A stretch of DNA of 64,000 bases from Phoronis australis (lineage: Eukaryota > Animalia > Phoronida), in the NCBI GenBank assembly GCA_002633005.1, contig NMRA01000503.1:248001-312000 (forward strand). The letters run 5' to 3'. How positions within the stretch are numbered: position 1 is the first letter of the stretch; every line of letters starts with the position of its first letter. The position numbers and the translations under genes are program-made. Below are positions 48,393 to 61,900 of this stretch, piece by piece. The notes beneath the pieces were generated by a model. It was not told the DNA's origin. It worked only from the letters and a program-made list of their open reading frames with translations, and did no database searches.

Positions 48393-48801
48393 ATCATAAC
48401 ACACGTGTCTCATATTAGGTAGCCTTCAATATCACAAAAAGTCAACCTGTTCCGGTAATGGTAAAAATTCACCAAGCCCGTAGCCAGCATCGCGCGGGGT
48501 GGTTCGAATTTTTAGAACGACGGACCTTTGATATCCTACAAACGTCGACAGTGTAGAGTTTTCGATAAGACCCTTACGCAGCTTAATTAGGGGGATGGAA
48601 ATTTGTATACACAATGATGACTCTCAGCTCTCTGTTCATGAGATGAGACGGAATTCGCAATACCAGAAATCAAAGTGAGGCTGCCGTGACGGTTGCTCGC
48701 GAAGAACGGAACTCAAAATTAATTCGGATATAATGTGGTTCAGAAAGAGAACGTTCTCGCGTAACATTCTGCCAAACTTTCAAAGCAGTCGTACTCGGAC
48801 G

Positions 48802-48956
48802 CATGGGCGGGGCACCATAGGGGACTGGGGAGGGTGTTGGGGCTGTAGCCCCCACTTTTTTAGTGCTCCGGCGTCCATGGTCTATGGATGGTGCACCACA
48901 GGGGGGGTTGTGGGGCTATAGCCCCCCACCTTTTTCAGTGCTGCGCTGCCCATGGG
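48802..48956. mobile_element. Two tandem ~75-bp mini-elements with CATGGGCG..GCA / TGC..C.CCATG ends and a GGGGCT.TAGCCCC hairpin
   Basis: GGGGGCTGTAGCCCCC and GGGGCTATAGCCCC, each followed by CTTTTT.AGTGCT. Confidence 0.55.
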
Positions 48957-51326
48957 ACGGAAACATTTAGTCGGAGGATGACTTGACGAAAGTTTTTATC
49001 TGATTGTATTTTTACGTGTTACTTTAGTTGCTTACATCGCTGGAAATAGGAACACTCCACTATTTCGAAGGTTCACTACTCCGAAGGTTCACTATTCCGA
49101 AAATATCTAAAAATTCGAACTCAGGTGTAATTTTACACCGTACATGCAAAAACTAACGATACTTCGGTTATTAGATGCACTGAGTGATGTACCTATACCG
49201 AAAACAACGCCGGGTACCACTACACTTTGTTTGGATTTTATGAGCATGCGAAATTGCCCGCACGTCCTACGAATACGGAAAATGAGTACATACTTGCATT
49301 TTTTTAAAGAAAATGAAGTAGGAATAGTGATGAATTATCAATCGCGATATATCTATCACTGAATTCCATTTCAAAATCACATCCGATTTCACAGCGCGAC
49401 TGAAAAGTTTTTATCAGGTCAATAGACCTACTTTTGCTCGTAATGTGAACATATTCACGTTAGTTAAACTTTGGATTTTGAGCAACGACGGAGAACTGCC
49501 TATTATGAACTTACCGTCGGCGTGTACTAAATTTTCAAGAACGGAAACCCACAGATGTGTATACGCTTGCATGTCAATGCACCAATCCACAATCAAAGTG
49601 GACACTGGATGAACAAAATAGGCCTATTTGACGATCACTTTCAATTCGAAATTTGAAAATGCCTGCACTTTACCGTACTATGCTAGCAAGTATGCCAAAA
49701 TAGCAGATAAACTTATTTTCTGCTCTTTCGCTTCTTGGTCGCCAAAGGCATTCACACCGCACTATTTTTTGGAGCTCTCTCGCAGTTATATAGCTTAGCT
49801 ATGTATAGACATTTACTTCTAGACTCCCGTGTTGCCCTATGTTGTAGCCACCACGCGCGTTCAATGCCGATGAATAACATAAAGCCTCCTCTAATTGTCT
49901 GCACGATCCTGTCATCTGCGTAAACACCACTCGGGCGAAGTTGGCCCGGATACGGCCCCGATGATAACGTGAAGCGCTTAGAACCAGAAGCAAATTCACA
50001 ATTATTAGTAACTTAAGTCACCAGTGACTGCAACAATTTTTGTTATTGTACATCTATATCCTGTCTCCAACGGATAGGGTGGACCCGAACCTTTTCCGCG
50101 GTCGATCGAACCCCCTCCCCCCGGCCTGTAATATAAATCAAAAGTTCAGTAGGAAAGCGACATTTGTAACGGTAGTGAATCAAACAATCCTTTCTGGGAT
50201 CAAAATGCCGTCAATAATGGGAATGAATCGCCTATTGGAGCAAAAACGTATCTGGGATTGACTTTCCGCCGTCTGGTCAAAGTGCTAAGATTCCTCTGTG
50301 TTAATCTTTATTATCAGTGTATATGATGAACTTTCAACAACCCCACGGAACATTTGTGATCAGTCTAAGGCAGATTTCCAAACATTCTTCCATGTTCAAT
50401 GCGTGAACTTTCTGAACGAGGCGACGTAAATTTGCAGATGTCTGTCGGACACCGCTTGTTTTAACTCGATTCTTCGTTATAAATCTGATCTAACACCAGT
50501 AAAAACAGGTCCAGCATGGTAGAAAAGAAAAATTACTTTCCAATAGACATTTGGTTAGTCGTGACGTTTCAGCATGTTCTTGAATGTGTAATCCCTATGC
50601 GTCAAATCATGTCAGAGTGAAATTTTACTTTAAGTTTTAGAACGTGTTTTACAGTGTTGACGTACTTTTTGGTTTTCTTAATTTTCTTCGAAGCTGAAAT
50701 AACGAATATCGACCTTTCCAGGAAGAAGAATGCGGCAGCACTCTAAAAGTTTTGAGTGTTGACTGAGCTAAAGTTATGATTTGTAATGAGTTACGTAACA
50801 ACGAATGCAGATCAGGGGCCGAGGTGGAAAACTCGAGGTTGAGACGGGCAGAATAACACAGGACGAAATTTTAATGAAGTTGGTCAGTTACGATGGGGCG
50901 CAGGGTGAATTTGTGGTGTTTGAATATGCTTAGGTGTCTCTGATTCTTTTCCTTCCTATGCAGATGACCAGGTACAGGATCTGGTCAAACTGCACGGGCG
51001 GACTTTAGGGGACGAAGAGGATTTTCCCCAAAGTTCCAATTCACGAAATCATTTTGCTTCAGGGCACAAGCTCTGAAAACTCCTAAACCTTTCTGAGGGG
51101 TTCTGGTGATTTCTGAGATCCATCGTCGGTAGACTAGAAAGGTGGTCCGTTGTCGGGATTTCCCCAGAGCGTGATCGGTCAACTGAGCTCACAGAAATCC
51201 AAGGGAAACTTGATTTACCCATGGATCAACGGAAAGCGACGAAAACGAGCCAACAAAAGGACTGCATCTCGATTCTACTTTAACTTTCATTGAGCAATCG
51301 CACAAACTGTATTCAATAGCCAGTAA

Positions 51327-51540
51327 CATGCGCGCACCCAGCCTTCAATATGGAGGGGCTCGAATTCCTGACGTTGTGGACCTTTTGGTAACAAAAAAGC
51401 GGGCGGACTAAAAAAAATAAAAAAGGGGGCACCACTGTGAATTGCGCGTTTGTGCTTGTTTAGTGTACTTTTGCCTCATTTTCTCAGATTTTTTGTCTCT
51501 CAGAGGCGGACCTTTTNGAGCCCCCCTGGGTGCGCGCATG
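51327..51540 (-). mobile_element. MITE family A, copy 4 (reverse orientation, perfect 15-bp TIRs)
   Basis: CATGCGCGCACCCAG ... CTGGGTGCGCGCATG enclosing the reverse-complement core. Confidence 0.8.
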
Positions 51541-52307
51541 ATTAGGCATTGTTTTTCCTCAATCGAAGTGAACGCAGAACCGGCCTTTTGTTGGACTGTT
51601 CACGTCACGTTCTATTGTTCATTGGGTAGAAAATGCAGTCCAGAGCAACAATAATTAAACCCAAAAACGTATCCCCAATATAACCAATGATTTGCATTTT
51701 TACTAAACGTAGAAACGAACATGCTTGTTTTCCACTTTATAGGTAATCTAACACTGCGCACATGGAAAGATGACCTTTACTAAAAATATAATAAACGAGG
51801 CTTAGGTGAATGAAAACAAAACTATTACTTGGGTGCAACCTCAGCTTAACATTTGAATTATTGACAACATAACTTCGATAAAATGGAAACTGTATTCTTT
51901 TTTGAATAAAAAGAACAACCAAGAAAAAATATATATAGCACCAAGAAGTAAAACTAATGTAGATGTCAGGCGCGTTAGTGAGAAGATTGATTCGCTCATG
52001 GTAACTGTCAAATTGTAGGTCTACATTTCAACCAGTTTTCTACAAAATCTTCAATGTTTCAAAATGATAAGTGGCCATAAATATTGGCAGCCGGTGATTT
52101 ACGATAAAATTATTCTATTTATGACACGCGAGTGACTTGGTCGGAATCTTGTCTTGGTCCTCAAACTAACGGAAATTGATTTCGACAAGAAATTTATGGA
52201 CAATGTTGTGTTACTTGCTCAAACAACACAAACTCGTGTACGTGTCATCGTGATGCAGAAGACACAGGAAACATGAAAAGTCGTTTTGCTCGTGCCTTCG
52301 CATAACG

Positions 52308-52609
52308 TCACGCAAACACCTCTTCCTCTCGCGTGTATGCGAACATTTCCATTTCATATGCGATAGGCTTATAGTCTTTCTTTAACGATTTGCAGAGAAC
52401 AGTGAACGCCTTATCGCTGCGAACTTTCAAAACGTCGATCAATTTTTCCATTTTGCCCCGTGTAGTTTCCTGACGAAGTATTGTCAATTCCAATTCTGGT
52501 GAGATCACGTGGTCTCTTTGCATCAAGGGGAGGATTCTGGAGACGTCCACGATGCAAACGAGCTCTTCCCGGAATTCTTCCAAAACCCACTGCAGATGCG
52601 GATGCATGA
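52308..52609 (-). CDS. CARD (caspase recruitment, death-fold) domain terminal exon
   Basis: LEEFREELV..VDVSRILPLM....VIS..LE..I....TTRGKMEKLIDVLKVRSDKAF.VLC.SL...YKPIA follows the six-helix CARD consensus (L...R..Lv..l....lld.L....vl....e.I....T...ka..Lld.L..kG..Af..f...L). Confidence 0.85.
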
Positions 52610-55600
52610 CTGGAAAATTTTACAACATACATATTCCATAGTTTTCAAGCATGTATATGACCTTTATCAAATTCTTAAAGCGACTAAAAATGCACCTTCC
52701 GTCAAAGAGCCAACTGTTGACCACTTGCAGTTATAAAATCTGTCTCATAACTTTTTCCATACACAGACTAAAAGTGATTTCTGGTCTTGGAAAGAACCGA
52801 CAGTTCGTTATAGGAATGTTTAGCATGACGTCACGCTAAACATTCCTAACGTTTTGAACCCAGTGCGACGGCATGTCTGTTCTTATTTCCGGGTCCAAAT
52901 TGCGTCATCTACTGCCATGACAAGACCAAGCTCAACAAGTCCGCTTGTCACTGCGGGTTACTTCGTGGGTCGAGCAGAGTCTCTAGGAATAACGAACAGT
53001 CAGTTCTTTCCAACCTCAAGAACTCACTTGTCTTCTGAGTAAGGAACAAGATGAGACCAGGCGTGCGTTCAGTAAACGCTAGGACCTACGCTAGGACCTA
53101 GCTAAAACCTAGTCAAAGTCACGTGTTCTCATTTAAAATACACGGCAATATCTCACGTAATCTCGCGAAGTCTTGCTTTTTAGCAAGGTCCTAGCGCTAC
53201 TGAACGGGAGGCAGTTTTATAGCGGTTAGTGGACTAAATGAAAAATACGTTTATAGCCGCTTTAATCTGAAATAGAATTATCTGGATGTTTTTAACGAAA
53301 TCGGAAACTTCACTTCAAAATTATCCAGATAATTCCACTTTAAACAACCAGGCGAGATGTTTTTGTTAGTGAACCAGAGAAAAGTAGTATGCCACAAATC
53401 TTCTATAATTTTACTATACCATCAGTGTCAAGTCTCATGTTTTTGTTTGCTCTTTAAACGAGTAGTGACTTGTCCAATTTCTTTGGCAGTTTATAGTATC
53501 TGTCTTAAACCGCACTTTTACAGCATTCAAAACAGTAGTCTCACCAGACAAACTCGAGTTCTAAGCAGTTGGCTGAAGATTCTTCTATGTACATAACGAA
53601 TACCCGTGTGTTTGTAGGGATTCTCCCGGAAGTCTAATTGCATTGATTAATTAGTCAGGTTACCAATTTCCACAGGGATTATCGGGGCTTCTAGACATCA
53701 CCGCAAAGCCTAAGATAAATCTGACATTGTCCAGCAAATCTAACATCAGACAAAAATCCATTGGGCAACCAATTTTTATAGTTCCACAAAGGCAATGCTA
53801 TATAACAGCAGCGGTCAAATTCAATATTCGGCTACCCTCGTGGTCAGTGGTTAAATACATCTGGAGTGTAAATCAATCCCCGCTAGAGAATCAATAGAAG
53901 GATCGCTGACTACAAATCAGAGCTTATAAATCCTCAACGTGGATATGACCATGAAGAAGTTTGATTACTAATCTTCTTCTTCTGTGATCTTGCGTAACTA
54001 AAATACCATTGATAACCTCGTGCACTGCAATATCTCGCAATGCTTTGCGTAATCTCGCTTTCAAAATAGACATTTCTGCCTAATTTTCTCGTTACTTGTT
54101 CAAACAACACAAGATACAGAGCGTAGCGCTGATTCTTAATTTCATATGAAAAAGGCAAGTAAAACGCGTAAAAGGTGTTTTTATACCAATTTGAAGAGGA
54201 TGACAGTGCGAAATTGCATTCTAAACGAGGCGTGGGTGGAAAGGTCTGATCATTATTAATTTTTGTTCTCAGAAAATCCCCTTCCTTATTTCTCACCAGC
54301 ACAGGTTAATAGAATCAGTACGGTTGGTCTACAAATTTCATCCTTTTTACATCTTGTAACAAACGTTCAATTTAGTGTTTCGCTCCTACGCTCAGTGAAC
54401 CCTTCGTCGATATTATCGGGATGCTTGATTTGATTAGATAGCCAATGTAACATCTGCTGTGCGTGTTTACATATATAAGTGCAAGGCATCTTCACTTCGT
54501 TACCATCCAAGCTGACGGTGTTATGACTATGCTGTTGAATTAGGCGATATCTAATCCTTTTCAACCGCACAAGCTGTTCTCATTTTTAGAATTAGTTAAT
54601 GAAACTTGTCGAGAGCATAGGTTTGGGGACACGCATGAAAGTGGCATACTGGGATTGGGACCATTGTTAGAACACATGTTGCGAAGGTGAACAGGTGCTT
54701 TTTAAGTCTGCTCATACCCTAGCAATACCATAATTACATGTTTCACTTATAAAATTTGAGCGTCTCAGAGAAATGTATCGTGTGATGTTAATCACATTGT
54801 GCTCACTCACACAGTGTCTTCACGTTCAGTGAGCTTTCATGTTGTTACTTTCATTTTCATAAGTTATTTTACCCCCCAGCAGTAAACACAATGCCCGTTA
54901 AGGTGAGTCTTTTTGTGGAATTTTCAGCTCTGGAATCTTCTCCGCAAAATTTTTATAGGAATAAACAAACTTAATAATTTGGCCGATTTTGCGTTCATGA
55001 GATAAACATCCACGACTCCAAACAAATTCCGTGAAAAAGAAACACATCACTGAAAAAAAAACTACTAAATTGTTAGCTTTGTTAACTGTAACAAAACATT
55101 TGTGAGGAAAACTGTGGAAATTTCCGATCGCATGAACGGGCCTAATCACTGTCATATTCATAGAATGAACAACAAAATAAGCTGATTGTTCTGGTAAAAT
55201 TATGCAGGCATTTCTACAGTTTCTCTTTTTCCGTGGGGTCTCTGTTGAATTAAAATCTTTTTTGTCACTTTCCAAGAGTATGATGATAGATAATCACGTG
55301 ACTCCATAGTTCTAGTCTAAGGCGACGGGTACAATAAAACGAGACATGGAGGGTAGTACGAAACCGGGCATCTTGTGTCAAAAAGCTCATTATATAATTG
55401 GACCATTTCCCTATTCACCAGATCTCAAATTTTCCTTTTCTCAATTGAGAAGTGATTTTTGGGCTTAAGAAGAATTGACATCTCGTTGTTTCTCGAAATC
55501 ATGCTTAGCATGAGCTCAACCAATCATGAACAAACAGCTTTCCCCAAGCCCAGAAATAACATTACTTCTAACCCGAACATCGAACATTAGTTGTGATATT

Positions 55601-58600
55601 TTTTATAACCGTAAGCGGTTTACATCAAGTCATTTTTTGATTGAAGGCGGGTTTATACCAAGTTTAAAATGAATTATTGAAACGTGAACTGGGATTATGC
55701 ATCAAGAATTCACTTAAACCCATTGAACAACAAGATGTGCAAAATAAGAGTTTTCACACATAATTTTGTAACGAATGTAAAGAATTCTAAACAAAAATAC
55801 ATAACTAAAAAAGGATGAGAAATCTTACTTGAATAGTGACGAAGCAATTTCTTCAGCATTGGATTGTTCGGCGCAACCATATGAACAGTTTCCCGTCCCT
55901 GATAGTCGTGCAATATGGGATCAGCCCCTCGGTCCAACAGACATTTAGCGGCGACAACATTCCCTCTATCGCAGACCTTCATTAGAGCTGTCTCGCCAAG
56001 ATCGTCACGCGCGTTCACGTCTGCACCACGGTATACCAGCGTTCCGATGCACGTGATGCTGGGACTCTCAACGTCACAGCAATGATGAAGCGCCGTCCGG
56101 AATTTAGCATCGGTGCCATAAATAAGGGCGCCCTCCTTCAGAAGACGTGACACGAGCATGGTTTTACGTTTTGCCGCCGCCAACATCAGCGGTGTTATTC
56201 CATTGGCATCGGGAAGGTCAATATTGCAACCGTTCTTGATAAGAACTTTAAGCATCACTTGATCACCGCCTAAAGCGCAAAAGTGCGCGATATTACGATT
56301 TTCGTTGTCAACGCTATTAACAAACTTTGCCCCACCACCTAAATTCAGTATGTAATCGACTACTAGCGCGTTTCCTTTCTCCGCAGCTACCATGGCAATG
56401 GTGCGACCGCGATCGTCAGCTTCCGGCTTCGCACCGTGTTCCACAAGATGGCGAATGCTGTCAAAATTTCCGGACTCCGTGGCATGGAACAGGGCGTTCT
56501 TTTGGTGTTTGCCCTGAGGGTGAACGTCCACCTTGACTACTGATAACAAATACATCACCATTATGGAATCTGACCGCTGGCAGGCCTTCATGAGCGACGT
56601 GAGTCCCTCAGAGTCCATATCGGCCACAGGTTTGTAGAAGTGTTTCAACGCAGCCACGCTTCTTACATCGCCATCCAGAACACTCTGTTGGAATATAGCT
56701 GTGCCGTAATTATAGTCCCATGATATCTCCGCCAACTCACTCGGTTTGCCACATGTTACAAACAATTTCAACAAGTCGAGCCTGTCCGACCGAATACTCT
56801 CTTGTACAACGTTCCTCCCGTTGGCATCGACGGTAATGGCAACACCTGCCTCCAATAACCGTTTGATGACGTCTGCCTTGCCGGACCGTTGAGCATAAAA
56901 CAACACATTCTCTCCGTCTCGGTCTCCAGCATGAATGTCGATATTCAATTGGCTGCTATATGAAACAAGATATTCGACAATATTGTAGTGACCGAGGAAT
57001 GCTGCTTGCATTAGAACAGTTTTTCCCATTAAATCCGTAACAGCGGTAACGCCATGCTTAATTAACAATTGCAGCGTCTCTATGTTGCCGTTCTCTACCG
57101 TGTAAAACAGTGCATTGTGCCCTTGGTTGTCTCGTGCATTAATATCTATCCCCAAAACCACGTCGTTCTTCACCAAGTAACCACACATGTTGACGTGACC
57201 TCCGTACGCTGCCTGCATTAGCACGGTACGCCCGCGCCCATCAGTTTGCACATCCGTCCCCAGATGGCGACAACGTTCGAACAGGTCCAAGTTGCCGCTG
57301 GAAGCTGCGTAAAACAACAAATTATTACCATCCTTGTCAACGTCTTTTGGATTAATCTGCAGGCGTTGCGCATTTTCCACGAGGTAGTTGACGAAATTGG
57401 TTTTATTCTGGCCCGCGGCTTCCATGAGGAGGGTTTCGCCGTTTAGCGCAGGTTCGATGCGTGCCCCGCGCTTTACAAGAAATTCCAGAATTTCTAGTTT
57501 GCCCGAGTGAATGGAGTGGAAAGCAGCATTCCAACCTTCACTGTCTTTATCCTGAACGTCAAGGCCAAGAGAATAGTAGTTGTCCAACAAGAAGCGAACG
57601 AGTTCCACGTGCCCACAGGCGGCAGCTTGCATTAGCACCGTGCGACCATCACCGGAAGTCGCTACTTTAGCACCATTTCTCAGTAACGTTTGACAAAGGG
57701 ACGAGTGGCCACCAGCAACAGCGTAGAAAACACAGTTCCACCCGTCCTTATCTTGGTGGTGGATGTCTAGTCTCAGTTGCTTTGCGTGCTTTATTAAATA
57801 AATGGCTATTTCTGACTTGCCTTTCCCAGCAGCTTGCATTAAAATAGACACGCTGTCACTGCTGTTTTCCGCACGAACGCCTTCATGTAGCAAATATTCC
57901 AGTATTTTCAACTGACCGCCAGTAATGCAATAGAACAAACAATTTCGACCCCTGTTGTCTTTTTCGTTGATGTTTATTCCATATACAGACGATTTCCGAA
58001 TCAAAAATTCCACAACTGAAAAATGACCCTTTAAACATGCAAGCATCATCAAAGTGCGACCGTCTTGCGATGACGTAACATGCACCCCACCACGAAAAAG
58101 ACAGTCAAAAACTTGATCAAAATTTTCCTTGCCGCTCTCACAACAATAAAATAAAACATTTCTCCCGTTTTTATCAGTTGCATTCAACTCAACATTAGAC
58201 GTACTATCCCCAATTATCAGGTACTTAATTATGTCAATATTGCAATTAAGAGAAGCTTCCATTAAAGCCGTCATTCCTTGAGAGTCGGTTGTCATTTCGA
58301 CATGACCCAGAAAAAACTTGAGCAGCTCCAGTTTCCCCCCAGCAATACAGTAAAACAAAACATTTCGCCCTCGCTTATCTCTCTTTTTGACGTCAGCTCC
58401 GTTATTAACCAAAAACTTGGCAATGTCCAGATTACCCACATAGGCAGTGATCATGAGACACGTTACTCCTTTACTATTAGCGGCGTCAATATCAGCACCA
58501 TTTTGCACTAAATACGAAACCAAAGTGAGCTGGCCATCGTAACAAGCCTCGAACAGCGGAGTATCACCCAGCGAGCTTGGTTCGTTCACAGAGACGCCTG

Positions 58601-58988
58601 CTTCAACCAACATTTTCGCCATATTCACCTTCCCAAGAATACAAGTTAATAACAACGGCGATACGTTACTGTAATCCGGAGGCGAGCTACAGGTGTCCCT
58701 CACCGAACACGCGTCGTTTATCCCCTCGCCATGTTTGAGAAGAGTGTCCACGATCTCCTCGTTGTCTCTAATGATCGCTAGAATCAACAATGTGGCATTG
58801 TATACGTCGATGTCAGTACGTAAAAGCGATGAGCGTTTAACACGTTCAGGGCTTCCGCAACGGAAACTCCGTACAAGTTCAAGATCATGACCCGTCCAAA
58901 GTTCGCCGCTTCCGTCACATGAGTCTAAACACTGCCGCACGGAGGTCGCATTGTTCCCTTTTATAGCTTGAATGAGTTGAAAGGTCAT
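52308..58988 (-). CDS. Long ankyrin-repeat protein with a C-terminal CARD; exons 58988-55829 and 52609-52308; ~1153 aa (additional 5' exons possible)
   Basis: The 1092-codon ORF consists of roughly 25-30 ankyrin repeats (GDTPLFEAC, GITPLMLAA, GETALMK). A donor TCAA|GTAAGA after 55829 (phase 1) matches the acceptor TTTTCCAG|TC at 52609 (phase 1), which reads into a CARD-like ORF. An acceptor CACAG|GT lies directly before the ATG, so upstream exon(s) probably exist. Confidence 0.8.
53066..53206. mobile_element. Short MITE-like inverted repeat in the ANK-CARD intron
   Basis: CGTTCAGTAAACGCTAGGACCT vs AGGTCCTAGCGCTACTGAACG. Confidence 0.6.
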
Positions 58989-61900
58989 ACCTGTGGTAAA
59001 TAGGTCATATATAAATTTCCACGCGCTGACAGGAAATCAACGTCGACAAAAAGCGGGTAATAAACACTCAATGACGAATGCTACACCCTAATGCTCACCG
59101 TTTTTTTCCAAGTTGTCCAATGACGTAAGCTGTAGGCCAACTCACCATAACAAAAATTGTGAGTAGACTGTTAAAATTCTGACCAAACATTTTAGTCAGA
59201 TAACGAAGGAGGATATTATCTCACCTTATCATAAAGCCTAACGGTACTCGCTCATGTTACGAATGTGTAATTCTATAATTATTCTTTTGTAGAATTTTCT
59301 CCTGGACTTGACCAGCTACAATTATTGATTTAAAAGTTCTTGGCGTTTTTCTAGTATTAATGTAGATCAAACAGCCACAGTTTATATAGTACATTTTATA
59401 CCCGGCGATATCATCTAGCTAATTTGATCGCTAGAGGATTATTATGACTAATAACTGTACTGAATCACGCCGTCCCTTCCCTGCATCTCTACATTGGTGA
59501 TCGCAGCTAAGCATATTATTGATGACTTTCAACAGCAGGCCTATGTACAGTAAAGCGCGGACAGCAAGGTGACTGCCGTGTTTTCGAATAATTCTCTGTC
59601 GTCACTTGTCGGTAAATACAATACAGTGAACGCCACTGGGACAGGGCCACTCAGTGTTGTCAGGACTCCACGATTAAACATTAGTGGTTGTCCGACCATC
59701 ACGCAGCTAAGGACGTTGTACATACCTATAAATTTGGACTGCCAAAGCGTCATTGGGAATATATGTATGTCGCATTTGTTAATGAAATCATATAGACCGT
59801 TATTACTTGCATTTTAAAGTAATATATATGTCTCTCAATAGACTATAACAAGTTGAAACGGAATTTCAAGTGAATCGTGAACCAGTTTTGGTTTGAGAAT
59901 AAAATATAACGAAAGATGCAAACAAAAAAGTAATAAAACGCGAAAAAATCTTAATAATAACAAAATAAGATTTAAAGCAAAGAACTGTCAGTAAGACGTG
60001 TCTAGACCAATGATGATGTGTTCTCTCCTTGAATTGTGTTGCGTGCAATGAAAGCCCTGGCGCGCGCATCTTGGATGTAATGAGAGGAGTACTCAACCAC
60101 AGTTCTCGGAAGGAAACGTATTCGCTTTGCTCTTTAGATTAGGTATGTTTGACAGACAACGGCGAAATTGGCAATTTGTAACAGAATTATTAAGAAGCAA
60201 CAACAGATTTTAATAAGTCTGATTAAAGCTAACAACTCCAAGAAGTCAATCACATCCAACAATGCGTTGTTTTTCTGTCATAAAAAGTATAATATCCCTT
60301 AAGAACCAGACAATCCTTCAAAGTGCATGCCTACTCAATCACCTAGAAAATAGTTAGACACGTATCCTGCCGCTAATAGTATAACTAAACGATTGCGGTT
60401 CATAAGAGGTGATAAATAACAGCTTACCAACTAATCAGCGATGTGTTACAGCAGTTCACAAGCCGTTGTATGAGTGGAAGCGATTTTCATTAATAAACTC
60501 ACATGTTCGTCAGAAGCGTTTAAACAAAACGCTTGCTTAGTTCAACGTTCTTGCAACTAATTAGTGCTTCCAAATTAGCGCTATCGACGACATTATTGAA
60601 CATTTGTTGCCCGGAGATCTTGATATGCAGTAAACCGTTTAGCAATTGTTATACCTACCGAGACGCTAAATATTTCGTCACAGTATTGCGACACAACCGG
60701 CATGCGCATGATTAGTTCGACTCACAAGATATAAGCCGTCAACTCATGACCTAGTGGTGCCTAAACTTTATGACTCCAGCGTGAATATTGAATGAATAAA
60801 AATTACAAAGTAATGTTTGCTCAACGCGGTCTTATTAGTTGTAGACCATCTAGAATATGGGTACTTAGTATGATTTACTCGCTTGGCCTGTGACTTTTCT
60901 GTTTGCTGTCCTTAGCATCCGAAAAATTATTCAAACGATCATAGTACCTTACACAAATACCGTAGAAACCTATCGTGTTTGCTTACAGGAATCCCACATT
61001 CTGCGGACTGTATAACAGACATCAAAATCTGGGTTTTCTACACTAAATGGCTGACATCCAAGAGATTCGGGACCCCTGTGACTATTGCCATTAAATAACA
61101 TGAATATTTTTCACGGGATTTTCTTTTCTTGTGACTTATATTATCATAATGAATTCTTTAACAGGTCATTTTTAGCTACGTGCCGGAACAAGACGTTTTT
61201 AAGATAAGCAAACTAATTATAGTTTAGAGGGATGAGTAATTATTTTGATTAGCGTGTAACGTGTTAAGCCTGTGCCTAACCTACCTGATGGTTTCCGACG
61301 GCCACGATGGCTGTGTAGGACGGCTCTTATTGTTGATCAAGTAAAAGAAATAGTACCTCCCGAGATGGCGACGTTAGAACTCAGTAGACGACCGCAGCTT
61401 CGATACAACATTTTTACTTTATCAGGCAAGATAAAATGGGTTTTTGCTTTAAATGGAATCACCCGACAGCTGATAATGCTTGATTGATGCACGGGTTGAT
61501 GGAATATTACCTTGCGTCGCCGTCACTTCAGGGGACCACTCTTATTTCCCTGTCGTCTGCCAGGTCGTCTGCACGAAACTAGTTCACAAGACTATTACTC
61601 TTCACGAAGCATCTTCGTCGACTGTGATCATGCATCCGTAGTCATTTGATCGGAAATTGAAATCCAACTGTAACAATCTATTAAGCAAAAACAATGTTTT
61701 ATCAGCACACACAGCGGGTTTCTTATCATTTATTAAGTTAGAACGCATTGATTATGACGTGGTGTGTTTAGAACACGTGGGCGTCGTCATATAGTCAAGT
61801 ACTACTTTAACGTTTTTACTCAGGAGATTTCGCGCCATTTTCAGTGTCCAAAACCTCATTATACGGACACAGTCCAGGCTGAAACAAATTTTGGGAAGTA

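Noticed and set aside
54367-54573. 67-aa ORF as an extra ANK-CARD exon
   Set aside because: Its acceptor is phase 0 while the ankyrin donor is phase 1; in the required frame it stops within 7 codons.
51155-55125. NF-kB-like sites near ANK-CARD (GGGATTTCCC 51155, GGGATTCTCC 53617, GGAAATTTCC 55116)
   Set aside because: A couple of matches to this degenerate 10-mer are expected by chance in 64 kb; suggestive only.
55710-55828. Hydrophobic C-terminal tail of the ankyrin ORF as a transmembrane anchor
   Set aside because: It lies beyond a good splice donor and has AT-rich intron composition; treated as read-through into the intron, although an intron-retention isoform is not excluded.
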